The position numbers and the translations under genes were made by a program. DNA of 64,000 bases, from the NCBI GenBank assembly GCA_951406725.2, contig OX597814.1, forward strand, positions 141,360,001 to 141,424,000, in the 5' to 3' direction. The stretch comes from Octopus vulgaris. Lineage: Eukaryota. The notes under the pieces were generated by a model that did not search any database, was not told the origin of the DNA, and saw nothing but the letters and a program-made list of their open reading frames with translations. This document shows positions 38,207 through 51,989 of the stretch, in pieces; positions within the stretch are counted from its first letter, which is position 1, and the number at the start of each line of letters is the position of its first letter.

Positions 38207-38368
38207 GACAAGCTTCTTTCAGTTTCTGTCTGCCAAATACCCTCACACGGCTCTGGTCGGCCCGGGGATATAGCAGAATACACTTGCTCAAGGTGCAACG
38301 CAGTAGGACTGAACCTGGAACCATGTGGTTGGAAGCAAGCTTCTTACCATACGGGCACGCCAGCGCCT
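37909..38368 (-). mobile_element. SINE family A, full length (preceded by a SINE B fragment at 37780-37908, + strand)
   Basis: tcttttacttgtttcagtcatttgact...(CA)n...gaacctggaaccatgtggttgg...cagcgcct. Confidence 0.85.
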
Positions 38369-38385
38369 ATATATATGAATATATA

Positions 38386-38584
38386 TATGTTTCGACCAAA
38401 GATTGGTCCAGGCCATGTCTAACTTAATAGCATCACCTGATAGGATTATCTGAATCCTGTTTAAGTCAAGTTTTGTTTATGGTCCATTCAAGTACTGAGT
38501 TTTTGTTGGGTGAGTTGTATCCAATGATGGGTGGCTTATCTGGTATTCCTTGAAGGAATCTATCCAGACTCCGTTTAAAGTTAC
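38386..38584 (-). mobile_element. CR1-like LINE extreme 3' fragment (second family)
   Basis: Minus strand NFKRSLDRFLQGIPDKPPIIGYNSPNKNSVLEW; tail gaccaatcttttggtcgaaac then (AT)n. Confidence 0.75.
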
Positions 38585-38633
38585 ATGTATATATATGTAT
38601 ATAAATATGAATGTACATATCTATATATAACTA

Positions 38634-38769
<136 letters not shown>

Positions 38770-39074
38770 AAAGTATCATTAAATACAGAAATCCTCATAA
38801 ATTCATCAAATCAGAATATAAATTGAACCATGTCATAGAATATTATAATGTTAATACTTACTATTCATGTTGAAAGTTGTCGACTATACGTGATTCATGA
38901 GGTTGTATACTATGTCCTTAAGACACCTAGTCTCTCACAAAACTTCCCCTTATATACAAAACCATTTCTGTTTCTAATGATACTTTGATATATATGTATT
39001 TATATATTGAGAATTATTCAACTTATTATTCTTAATTTGAATATCATCCTTGTGACGTTGGAACTGATATTTCC

Positions 39075-39118
<44 letters not shown>

Positions 39119-39142
39119 ATTATTATTATTATTATTATTATT

Positions 39143-39188
<46 letters not shown>

Positions 39189-39234
39189 CCATCACCATCA
39201 CCACCATCACCATCACCATCACCACCATCACCAT

Positions 39235-39334
<100 letters not shown>

Positions 39335-39335
39335 T

Positions 39336-39889
39336 GAGTGAGAGAGCAGTTCATGCCATCAAAGTGACACTGGGGTAAAATATACGAAGCCCAATATACC
39401 CATCATGACTACCCGTCTGATAAGGGTACACCAGGCACATGCATCACAACCATATGTGCGCGACATGGTGATCTCATATCAAGATAAACAGCACATGACC
39501 TTGCAGGTGGGGCCCAGTTAGAATTTTCTTCAGGTTGAGTAGCCCATCCTGCTCAAAAGGTCCCTGAATAAGGGTTGCTTTAGGATGTTGAACGAAACAC
39601 CTATGTTTTCAGAGGTGAACCATTCAAACTCCAAAGAATCCCTCTCAACACATGGCTATGATGCTCCCCCATTACTTCTGCTCGTGATCAGAGATGCACA
39701 TATCGTCAGCCACTAAGGGACATGCTCAACTGGTTAAGGTCAAACAACTGACAAGCAAATCTGTGGTATTCAGCAGAATATTTGCTGTAGCCCATCTTTT
39801 ATACCAAGACAAAACAATGTACATGATAACACTTCCAATCAGTTAAGATCAGAAGCCATGAGAGCCACTGCCTGGTACTGCATCAGGGC

Positions 39890-39890
<1 letters not shown>
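39336..39890 (-). mobile_element. ~555-bp non-coding element inserted in (TAA)n (copy 2)
   Basis: Reverse complement of 12724-13255; flanked by (TTA)n on both sides. Confidence 0.85.
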
Positions 39891-39975
<85 letters not shown>

Positions 39976-40010
39976 CCATCACCATCACCACCATCACCAT
40001 CACCATCATC

Positions 40011-40081
<71 letters not shown>

Positions 40082-40098
40082 TATTATTATCATCATAA

Positions 40099-40136
<38 letters not shown>

Positions 40137-40202
40137 TATATATATATATATATATATATCAGAAAGAACTAAACTATATATATAAAAGTGTTTAGTTCAC
40201 TG

Positions 40203-40271
<69 letters not shown>

Positions 40272-40424
40272 CTCACACAAATATATCTTTTGTGATACTC
40301 TTATAAGTATATATATATGAGCAAGTTCTTCTATATATATATACTGAAGAAGCCGTTGTATATATGTATATGTGCATATATATATTTGTGTGATCCATAT
40401 ATGCTGGTGTGTTTTATTCCATAA

Positions 40425-40461
<37 letters not shown>

Positions 40462-40462
40462 G

Positions 40463-40554
<92 letters not shown>

Positions 40555-40576
40555 TATATATATATGTATATATTTC

Positions 40577-40647
<71 letters not shown>

Positions 40648-41389
40648 ACATTCATATAAATATATACATATATACATATACATAAATGTATGCGCTTGTA
40701 TGCGTTTGTGTTAATAATGAGTAGAGGAGGGATATTGTTATTTCAAGCTGGTGGTGTCGGGCATACTCACTCCTTAATCTATTTATGAATCACCCAGTTG
40801 GATAGGTCCACCTGGAAGCTATTCTTAGTATATTTGTTGTAGGACAACTTCAAGAGATTTCGAGTATAAAAAGACACGCGCGCACACGCAGTCACACACA
40901 CACACATACACACTTACACATACACACTTACACATACACACACACTTTCCTCATTCTTCCCTGTCCTCGATTTGACAAACATATACAAACATGCTCACTC
41001 ACAAAAACACAAACATACACACATATAGTCACACACACACTCACACACAAATTGGTACATTCATACGCACTGGCATATATATATATATATATATACATAC
41101 ATATACACACATTATTAGAGTCCTGATCCGTCATATCAAAACAACGACCAAACAAAAAAGACAAACAAAAATAAAATTCTTATTCAGTGTATTAAACAGT
41201 AAAATTGATGAGGATAGCTGGTTTCTATATATAAATACACAATGGTAGGGAAATGACGCATCTAGACGGCAACGTGGTTACTTTGTCGCAATTATCAGCT
41301 TTAAACATGAATGGAAAATAATTTCCTCAGCATGTGTACATACATATAGATATGAATATAAATGCCCATATGTGTGTGTGTGTGCGGAA

Positions 41390-41608
41390 GAGGGTGTGTT
41401 GAAAAATTTCCTGGCTTTGGATAAACGAAATATAAAGGAGAATTAGTTAATTGTTATTTTATTCAACATATCCCCACTCCCATATTCACACGCTTATTGC
41501 AGCGGTCCTTCAGTTTTTGAAGCCCTGTAAAAGAACTCGGGAGGTTGGGCCTCCAGCCAAGCCTTTCACGATACCATGAAGGCCAAGAACTTTTCAATAC
41601 CCCTCGCG
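41390..41608 (-). mobile_element. Mariner-derived MITE (same family as 59101-59296)
   Basis: TIRs gagggtgtgttgaaaaatttcctggcttt / aaggccaagaacttttcaatacccctcg. Confidence 0.75.
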
Positions 41609-41629
41609 TACGTATGTATGTGTGTGTTG

Positions 41630-41836
41630 TCTGGCAGAAACGTTAGCACGCCGGACGAAATGCTTAGCGCTATTTCGTCTGTCTTTACGTTCTGAGTTCA
41701 AATTCCGCCAAGGTCGACTTTGCTTTTCATCCTTTTGGGGTCGATAAATTAAGTACCAGTTGCGTACTGGGGTCGATCTAATCGACTGGGCCCCTCCCCC
41801 AAAACTTCTGGCTTTGTGCCTAGAGTAGAAAAGATT
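41630..41836 (+). mobile_element. SINE family B
   Basis: ctggcagaaacgttagcacgcc...ttcatccttttggggtcgataaattaagtaccag...gcctagagtagaaaaga. Confidence 0.88.
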
Positions 41837-41917
41837 TTTATATATAGATAGATATGTGTGTGTGTGTGTGCCAGTGTGCGCGCGTGTATGTGCGTGCGTA
41901 TGTATGTGTGTGTGTTC

Positions 41918-41979
<62 letters not shown>

Positions 41980-41993
41980 GTGTATTCATATGT

Positions 41994-42225
41994 GGAGGCG
42001 CGTGGCTTAGTGGTTAGGGTGGTACACTGAGGATTGTAAGATTGTGATTTCGATTCGAGCACCTGGCGATGCGTTGTCGTCCTGCACAAATCACTAATCC
42101 CTGTTGCTCCAGTACACTCAATAGGTAAAAATGAGTTTTCCTGCGACAGAACGGCGTACTGTCCAGGTGAGCAATACATACATCCAGGAAATCGTCTTTA
42201 TAAACCTATGGCTCGGGAAGAACGT
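41994..42225 (+). mobile_element. SINE family C, decayed
   Basis: ggaggcgcgtggcttagtggttagggt...tttcgattc...gttgctccagtacactca. Confidence 0.75.
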
Positions 42226-42540
42226 TTGATCCTTTCACACACACACAATATGTATATATGTGTGCGTTGTAATCTTGAGCGATATCAGAAAGGAGAAAGT
42301 TGATTCGAAAACTACAGATCCAATTCATCACTGGAACTATAAAAATCTGTAAAACTTTCCAGAAGTTTATCATTTCAGTATACAGTAATCACTAACCGTA
42401 TCGGGGTTCAACTATCGCGGTTTAATATTTAAACTTATGTCGATTCCTCCGTGGTATTATTTTGCCTTTATAACAAAATAAATATATATAAATTATAAAA
42501 ATTTAAAAATTACACAGCACATATGTAAAATCTAGAGACT

Positions 42541-42629
<89 letters not shown>

Positions 42630-42752
42630 GTTAAAAAAACACAAACTGGGACAAGAACGTGAAAAATTTGAAGACGGCAAAAAAACACACAGACGGGACT
42701 TTCGAAGCTCTCATCATCAGTCAAGAACAGATCATCTTCGCAATTTCGGCTG

Positions 42753-42832
<80 letters not shown>

Positions 42833-43018
42833 TATACACACACATACATGCATACATACATTTATAATGTACACATACACACAAGTTATATCTTTAAATT
42901 TTACGTGACAGTAACTTCGAAGTTTAATAAACATGCCCTCTACTAAACATATTCAGCAATCCTTCAGTTTAGTGCTCAATTGTTTTTATATTTAACATGA
43001 TATAAAAACTAACTTTAA

Positions 43019-43055
<37 letters not shown>

Positions 43056-43982
43056 GACACACACACACATAAACACACACACGCACATACGCAAACACAC
43101 ACACAAAATCGTATATTTCAAATTTATAAGCAGCAAGGCCATGGCATACATAATGTTTCGTTATGTGCCGAGCTCCAATAAATATTCTACAATGGATTAT
43201 CTCCCAAGAGAAAACCGTCTATTAACCATGTAAACCACTCTACCAGTATCAGCGAGGAATAAAATAGAGATGTACAACTTTGGTTCGAGGTCACAGATTA
43301 TGGATGTGGAGCAAGATGTCAAAGAAAACAACTCCGCTACGTACTTTAAGCAACACTTTGTTTCATCAACTCTGGAACGATGATCGACAAAGTCAATGCC
43401 AATGAAATTTTGAACTCAGAACATAAAGGGACATAATTCAATAAGTCAACATTTTCTTCGCTGTTTTGCCGATTCTGTTAACCTATCGAGAGACAAACTT
43501 TCGTTACTTCGATTGTTTAGCTACATAACAGTGCGGGATTGACTATAAAGTTCAAACTAATCTTAGTTTCGTTTATTTTTTTTCGTTCTTTCTTTTTCAT
43601 CTATGAAATCAATTCAGGATTTCTTTTTTCTTTTTTTTTTTCTTTTTTGTAGTTTTTCGCAGACGACTGACTAAAACAACTTCGAAACACTCGGAAAAAT
43701 ATCGATATAACAACCGAACTGCTGCGATTCATGACAATTCGACATTTTTCCAGAACGTAAAGTAGAGCCGCATTTATTTATTTATTTCTTAAATATTCAA
43801 GAAGTACTTGCTGTTCTTTAAGGTATTAATAAGATATTGAGTGGAAAATGTCATATAGTCACGATGTTGGTCAAATTTTGAAGTGGCGCTTGACTCATGA
43901 ATACAAGAAATGTCCGTTTAATGTCTGTTTTTCTGTCTGTCTCTGTCACTCTTTCTGTCTGTTTGACTGCCTCCGACTGTGC

Positions 43983-44056
<74 letters not shown>

Positions 44057-44058
<2 letters not shown>

Positions 44059-44108
44059 GTGTATATATTTATGTATATCTATATATAGACATAGACACAT
44101 ACACGCTC

Positions 44109-44160
<52 letters not shown>

Positions 44161-44212
44161 GTGTATATATTTATGTATATCTATATATAGACATAGACAC
44201 ATACACGCTCAG

Positions 44213-44248
<36 letters not shown>

Positions 44249-44300
44249 GTGTATATATTTATGTATATCTATATATAGACATAGACACATACACGCTCAG

Positions 44301-44305
<5 letters not shown>
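44057..44305. repeat. Three tandem copies of a ~56-bp unit separated by (TA)n
   Basis: acgtgtatatatttatgtatatctatatatagacatagacacatacacgctcagatat at about 44057, 44159 and 44247. Confidence 0.9.
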
Positions 44306-44340
<35 letters not shown>

Positions 44341-44526
44341 GTAAAATGAGCCAAAATGGCAGCACTTTGCAAGTTTCATTTATTCTTTTCACATATGTTG
44401 TTTATATACGTATATGTATGCATGCATATAAGTGGGTGTATATATATTCCTATATATATATATACATGTGTATGTATACATATGTACATATGTGTGTGTA
44501 TATACATATATAGATAGATACATATG

Positions 44527-44567
<41 letters not shown>

Positions 44568-46329
44568 TCACAAACCAAGCTAAGTTTAACCAGTTTGATG
44601 TATAGCTTGCTTAGTTGTATATTTAGAGTTGTTAATGTCGAGAACAAGTGTTTGCCGAGGAAGTATAGATCCCCTCTATTATCTCGGTGTTGTTGATATT
44701 GTTGCGCAGACCCAGTAAAGACTAATCAAGAAAGCTTAAGTTTTCTAATATTCTGATATTAGTAACTTTAAATTGATTCCTGGTAACTTTATTCTTGTCC
44801 TTCTGTAATGTCATTTAAATGTACGTAAAGCAAATAACGAAATTTGTATAGAAATTGAAGCTGATAAGTTGTCAGAATTAGTACGACATTATTGTCTTGC
44901 CAAGTGTTTCCTGTGCTTCTGATGTTACATCCTGGTCGAGTCCTCTTTGTACCATTTATTGGTACCATTCTTCTGTGTACCATCTAAGTAATAAAGGTCA
45001 GTATGCAAGTGTTGAGTCAGTCTATACGCAAACATACGGTGTCATTAAAATAAAAATTGTTCTGTGCCCAACAAAAAAGCCACACACACACACACACACA
45101 CACACACGTATGTATGTATGTATGTAAGTATGTATGTATGTATGTATGTATGTATATACGAGGCAAGTTTGTCTTGCCTGAAGAAACAGCTGTACACTGC
45201 GGAAATGTCTGAGAAATAGGACACTGGAAGCATTTTAAACAAGCTTTTTCAGCCTAAATTTTATTAGCTGTTTCTCTACTGGAAGAGATAACGACTGAAT
45301 TATACATACACACATACATAAATACATATACACATGCATACATACATGTATGCACATATATAAATACACACACGCACATGTACATAAACATACATATATA
45401 AGTACATACGCACACAGTCACATGCATCTAGTTGTAAGAAATGCATGAACTACTTTTTGCAATGCACATTAAAACAGTGTTCGTGTTTTCAGTGGTTCTT
45501 CGGTTTCAGTAAGGAAAGGGATACTTCGTCGCCCTTTTAAGTTGTATCGCAAAAATATATTGCATATATGTATATTAGTGTGCTACTTGACTTAAAACTT
45601 TCTTGTGTTCGGTTTTATAATCAAGCCCCGAAAGCCTACATCCAGTGCAAGTGCTGGATCTTCAAACAAAATAAAATGATCACGATTGAAGTTAAAATGG
45701 AACTAAAGAGACCGGATTAATGCGAAATGCCAGCGAGCCAAGGAAAAGCATTCACTTGCATTTGGTCAACGATCGGTACAATTTGAAAAGACAAAGTAAG
45801 AATAATGGTGTATGGACAAAGTAAATAATGGAGCATGGAAAAGTATCTGCTTTGCCTCGATGAAACAGCAATTATCCCTAAGCGAAATTGTGGTTTAATT
45901 ATTGAAATGGAAGCACAGTACTGCAAGTTGTCGCATGTGAGCGAGTACGGTTTGATAATGTGTACCATACATTTGATGATTGCGATAAGAAAGGTTATCT
46001 AGTTCGTGTGCATTATTAAAGGAATAATACCTCAAAATCGGCAGCTCAGTTTTCGAATACATAAGGAAATACACACACATAGACACACACACACACGCAC
46101 ACACAGATGCACAAACTCTGCTTTATATATATATAGCAAATAAGTAACAAGGATGTCAAGGTATTAATCTGCTTTTTATTCACCTTACTTTGAGCCATGC
46201 GGATAATACCGGACTGGCTTGGTGTGTCAACTTAAGTATCTTATTCAACTGAATCTAAATCAAAAGATATAGGATAAGTACTAGTCTTACAAAGAATATG
46301 TTCTGGGGTAGATTTGTTCGACTAAAGGT

Positions 46330-46394
<65 letters not shown>

Positions 46395-46590
46395 CAGTGA
46401 TCCCTCGCCATATCGCGGTTTATTATTTAAGCTTACGTCGATACCTCTGTGGTGTTGTTTTGCATTTATAATAAAATAAATATATGCAAATAAAGAAAGT
46501 ATACAGTACAATATTGTTTCTACTTCGTGGATTTCCACCTATCGCAGTGGGGTTTGGAACGTAACACCCGCGATAGTCAAGGGATTACTG
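46395..46590. mobile_element. pogo/Tigger-like MITE (partial sibling at 42383-42500)
   Basis: TIRs cagtgatccctcgccatatcgcgg / ccgcgatagtcaagggattactg, TA on the left. Confidence 0.75.
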
Positions 46591-46789
46591 CATATGTGGA
46601 CAGGTTACTAGTCAGAAACCGAGGACTGTGTGTATCACGTAAGGCTAGAGATGGAAACGATTACTTCTCTTCGCAGATACTAATCGGACACAGATAGTGT
46701 CGTTAGCCAGATGGAGTGGATGTCTTCCTGGGGCTATAAACAACAGTAGCATTGTCCCCTATGGGTCCTCCACATTTTGGCGGCAAATA

Positions 46790-46875
<86 letters not shown>

Positions 46876-47974
46876 TGTGTAATCCATGTGTATTTCCTAT
46901 CAAATTTTAATCTAACCGTCTCTCATTTTAAAAAGTATTACCCACGCACAGTATATCCACATGTTTCTTCCTAACCTCTTTATTTTGTTCACTTTCTCTT
47001 TGCTCGCTCTCGTAGCCCATTGGTCATTTAGGTGAATTTATTTGCCAAAATTTTGAGCATGACGTTACACATTCCATGTTCGGTTTAACCAATTTTTAAA
47101 ATAGTGTGTGCTATGTTTTCCTCTATTCGTCTCTCAACAGTCTGTAACCAACGACCCTCTTTCATGTTTGTTAACTTATTTTTAAGGAGAGAAAGCAATT
47201 CTCTGTTTTGTTCATGTTATCTAGCAATTTGCATCAGTTTTTTCTATATTCTTTACAAAATATTATTACAGTCTGACATTTTGCCGTATTTTTAAGTATA
47301 AATCTAACACGTCTATTATTTTCCTTTCTAACCTTTCTTTCGTTTGTGTGTGATGTATTCTGTCCAGTTCATTAATTTCTAAGTATCTGTGAGTCTTTTG
47401 ATCTAATCCTCTTATCTCTAATTTCTTTATCTAATATGATATTTGGGGGAAAGTGTGATAAAGTATGTTTTATTATCATTGGAAATATCCTATTTCCCAT
47501 TTTGTAACGATTCGTTTATTCATAGTTTTCTCGTCTGAGTTATTGGTGAGAGGTAACTAGCTATAGTCGAGGTAGCATTGATCACGTAGCCCTTACAACC
47601 TAGGATGGGGACGTGTAAACATTAATGGGGAATTTGTAAAAAAGGACAAAGAGATGAAAGAAATGAACACTATAGAATAGGCAGATACAGCAAACATTTA
47701 AACTTTTAACAAATTGACCAGGGCAGGGCATATGGGAATGTAAGTGTACGTGCGTATATGTGTGCGTGCGTGCGTGTGTGTGTGTGTGGTGTGTGTGGTG
47801 TGCGCGCGTGTGTGAGATCGTGTGTGTATGTGTGTGATGTTCTTAAGACTGGCGACACTATGTGGTACCGGTAGTGTTCGTTCTCTACCCCTCTGTACAC
47901 ATGGCGCAGTAGAATACAATGTTTGTAACTATAGATAACAGAGGTGACGTCATTCTCTATCACGTCATCACCTT

Positions 47975-48057
<83 letters not shown>

Positions 48058-48382
48058 CTCTGTCGGGTTAGAATAACATTCATTAGTAGGATAAATCTCT
48101 ATACGCATGAACACACACACACACATACACACACACATACACACACACACACACATGCACACATGCACACACACACACACAAGCACACTTGTGGGCACAG
48201 GCATAAATGTAAATTAAGAAGTTTCTGGTAAGACGTTTCCTTCCAAATCACAAAGTTCCGAATTCAGTCCTACTGCGAGGTACCTTATACAAGTGTCGTC
48301 GAATTTAGCCTCAGGCCAATAAAAACGTTGTGAGTAAAAATGTACGACGGAAAATAAAAGAAATCTAAAGTGTATATATGTA

Positions 48383-48631
48383 GAGGCGCGTGGCTTAGTG
48401 GTTACGGTGTCAGCATCATGATCATAAGTTTGTGGTTTCGATTCCTGGACAGAGCGACGCGTTATGTTTTTGAGCAAAACACTTCACTTCACGTTGCTCC
48501 AGTCCACTCAGCTAGCAAAAATGAGCAACGCTGCGATGGACTGGCGTTCCGTCCAGCTGGGGAACACATACGCCATAGAAACCGGGAAAACGGGCCCATG
48601 AGCCTGGCTAGGCTTTCAAAGGGCGCATTTA
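48383..48631 (+). mobile_element. SINE family C
   Basis: gaggcgcgtggcttagtggtta...gctgcgatggactggcg...gagcctggctaggcttt..aagggcgcattt. Confidence 0.88.
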
Positions 48632-48728
48632 TTTTTTTAAAGTGTATATATAGTCCAAAGACAGAAACAATTGAGAAGCATAATACATACATACATACAT
48701 ACATACATACATACATACATACATACAT

Positions 48729-48789
<61 letters not shown>

Positions 48790-48881
48790 TACATACATAC
48801 ATACATACATACATACATACATACATACATACATACATACATACATACATACATACATACATACATACTTATACATACATA

Positions 48882-49436
48882 GTGTCTGCCCCCTCGTTAT
48901 CGAGTATGGCCATTGCACGAAGCTTAATCAATGTTGTTATCGTGCAATGGCTGTGCAAGAAGATTTTTTTAATGTGAGGAAAGGCTGTGCACTGAGTCAA
49001 ATCCATTCACTAATCAACATCAGCCTAAATCCCAAAAGAAGAACAAGTCAACATCATTGGTAACCACTGAGCCGCAGGTTTTATGTCGGAGTTATCCTAG
49101 TTACCTGAGTTACCTTCTCCTAGAATTATGCCCGAGCAAATGCTAGGAGTCCTTCACTCCCAATGGTTTAACCGCGCGATCGGGTATTCAGTCCGATTAT
49201 TTCTATGTCACCGCGCATGATACAGCCTTAAGACATTTATTGGATGGCCGTTGTTTCTCAAGAGTTCCTCCGCCCTTTGACGGGTTTTGTTTTTCATCCC
49301 GCAGGGTGTCCAATAAACACCCTCCTCACCAAGTAAGCTTGGTGGGGTTGCCGGTTTAGTCGCCGACGACCCGACCATGCGACAGGCTGTACTGGGTTAC
49401 ATGTTACCAGCAGCACTCGAAAGTGACCTGACACAA

Positions 49437-49437
<1 letters not shown>
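48882..49437 (-). mobile_element. Structured GC-rich element resembling an RTE 5' UTR
   Basis: Minus strand carries gtcgtcggcgactaaaccgg, several hairpins and ctaggagaaggtaactc, as recalled for RTE/Expander 5' regions; not verified by alignment. Confidence 0.45.
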
Positions 49438-49483
<46 letters not shown>

Positions 49484-49533
49484 CACACACACATACATAC
49501 ATACATACATACATACATACATACATACATACA

Positions 49534-49565
<32 letters not shown>

Positions 49566-50507
49566 CATACATACATGCATGCATGCATAAATACATACAT
49601 ACATACACATACACATATATATATATATATCGTTGTGTTATAACACTATTCCACATATACAAAAACAGCCATACCAACAATCCAACGTACCGACATCATC
49701 AGCTGCCCCACGGATATCATTATGGTTTCGACACCTGGGGAGTACTATTCAATCCGGCAGTGTCAACACCACTAAAAGAAGTGTTGTTTGGAAACAAACA
49801 TACGGAAAAAACCCCCACAACTTTCGAACACATTTAATCTATGTGTAACAGTATTCATTCTAAATATAGTCAGGATTAAGCACTAACTTTAAAATTAAAC
49901 TACAACAAGAAATATAAATCTATGTACATCTGTATCGGTATTAGTAGTAAACCTAAAATAACTAAATTATATATATAGGTTCATAATCTCACCAGTCTTC
50001 CATAGTTACTATTATTATAAAAGAAAGTGAAAGCTTTATTTCAATTCCCTCCAAAACAAAAACATTATTAAATTTAATGAATAATATAATAATTGTGGGC
50101 GAAATACATTATTTCATAATTCAAAAGTTAATAATAAAAGCACTATATAATCTTAATATATATTACCCTTACAAGCTATAATGTAAACTTACCAGTAACT
50201 AATAGAAACATTAAATTTATTAAATAGGAACTATTAAAAGTATACTTGTAATTAACTATTATTATAAAACTTTGCTAGGATAAAAGCTAAATTAAAACTG
50301 CTTAAAAGATAATAAAACTACAAAGTATTAACACTCACATGTTTTTTCAAACCACATGGTTCCATCACTTCTAGAACTTAAAAGATTATCTTAACTATCG
50401 ACGACGGAGTATGTAATTACTACTTCCTCAATAGTCTCAAACAATATTGGTGACGTTGTAAGCAAATAACTTGAATCGTAAACATTCCAAATCTTTACAA
50501 ATATTTG

Positions 50508-50581
<74 letters not shown>

Positions 50582-50602
50582 AAACATTCGAATGTTTTTG
50601 CT

Positions 50603-50645
<43 letters not shown>

Positions 50646-51106
50646 CACGGATCTACCTAACTCATTGCTATTTTATTCTGATCCTTCTCTCATTTTTCAC
50701 AAGCTGGAATACACTAATATCATTGATTGGGGACTTTCCTTCGCTTTTACATCTCTCTCCCTTCTCCCTTTCTGATGACGAAGTATTCAGCCAATGGAAA
50801 CTATACTCAGTATGATGATCCACACTCCCGGCTATTCTAGAAACAGCTGTAAGAGATTCCGTATATCTATATTCTCACTCACACACTAGCAATACATCCT
50901 CCTGTCTCTCTCTATATGAGAATCAATGTGTATCTAGTATCTCTCTACCACTCTCTCTCAATTCTCCAAATATATATTCTTCTTTCCTCTCACTCTTTTT
51001 TCTCACAATCACTTTGCTCTTATTTACAAAGATATTTACATTCGCACTCACACACTAGCGATACATCCTCCTCTCTATTTCTCTGTACTAGAATCAATGT
51101 ATATCT

Positions 51107-51144
<38 letters not shown>

Positions 51145-51989
51145 TCTCCCTCTCTCTCACATTCTCCAAATATATATCCTTTTTTCCTCTCACTCGTTTA
51201 GCTCTCTTCCTGTACTAGAACCAATGTGTATCTAGTCTCTCTCTTTCCTTCTCTCTCACTTCCACTTACTCCCCTCCTCATTTGCTCCCTATTTCCATCC
51301 AACCACACCCTCAATCCAATACCTCAACGTTAACTGCCTATCCTCTCCCCTGCATACCTACCTCTCCCTCATCTTTGTCGCCCTCTCAATCTCCTCTCTG
51401 TCCCCTTCTCCTATCTGTCCCATTATCTACCTCAACTTTCCTGTCTGTCCCCTCACATTTACCCCGTCACCCCCGTTGGTCTCTTCCCTCTCCCAGCTTG
51501 CTCTTCTCCCCTCACCTACCCAAGTAATTCCCACTCTCTTTCCCTCATTCTCTCATCACACCTCTGTTCTCTCTATATTTGCACTCAAAAACCAACTGCA
51601 CACAATCGCAGCCACATACGGAAAATTACGAGAAATTGGAAGACCACAAACGTTGGATTGTTCTTGCGAGCCTGGGACGTCACAGAAAGCGATTCGCCAA
51701 ATAATTTAATTACAGCTGCCTTGAAGAGCAATGGTTTTTCCAGATCTGTGGCACAAATAGAGCAGAAGAAGAATGAGTTCATCCGATCTTATATGCTCGT
51801 ACGGCCATACTTGGAGAAACTGGACATCTGCCCGTGAGAAACGTCACACGGAAAGCAGTGGCAACAACGACACCAAAGATAAAAGGCTCAACAAGGAAGG
51901 AAACGAGAAAAGTGCGAACAACCACAGTCCCAACACCTCTCAAAGAAGCAATGTAGAAAAAGAAGAAACCAGCCGAAAGTCAAGTGAAA

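Noticed and set aside
44057-44305. Repeat-spacer-repeat pattern resembling CRISPR
   Set aside because: The spacers are pure (TA)n, the context is eukaryotic and there are no cas genes; it is a slippage minisatellite.
49850-50460. Possible mitochondrial rRNA NUMT
   Set aside because: No conserved 12S or 16S blocks could be matched; only base composition is similar.
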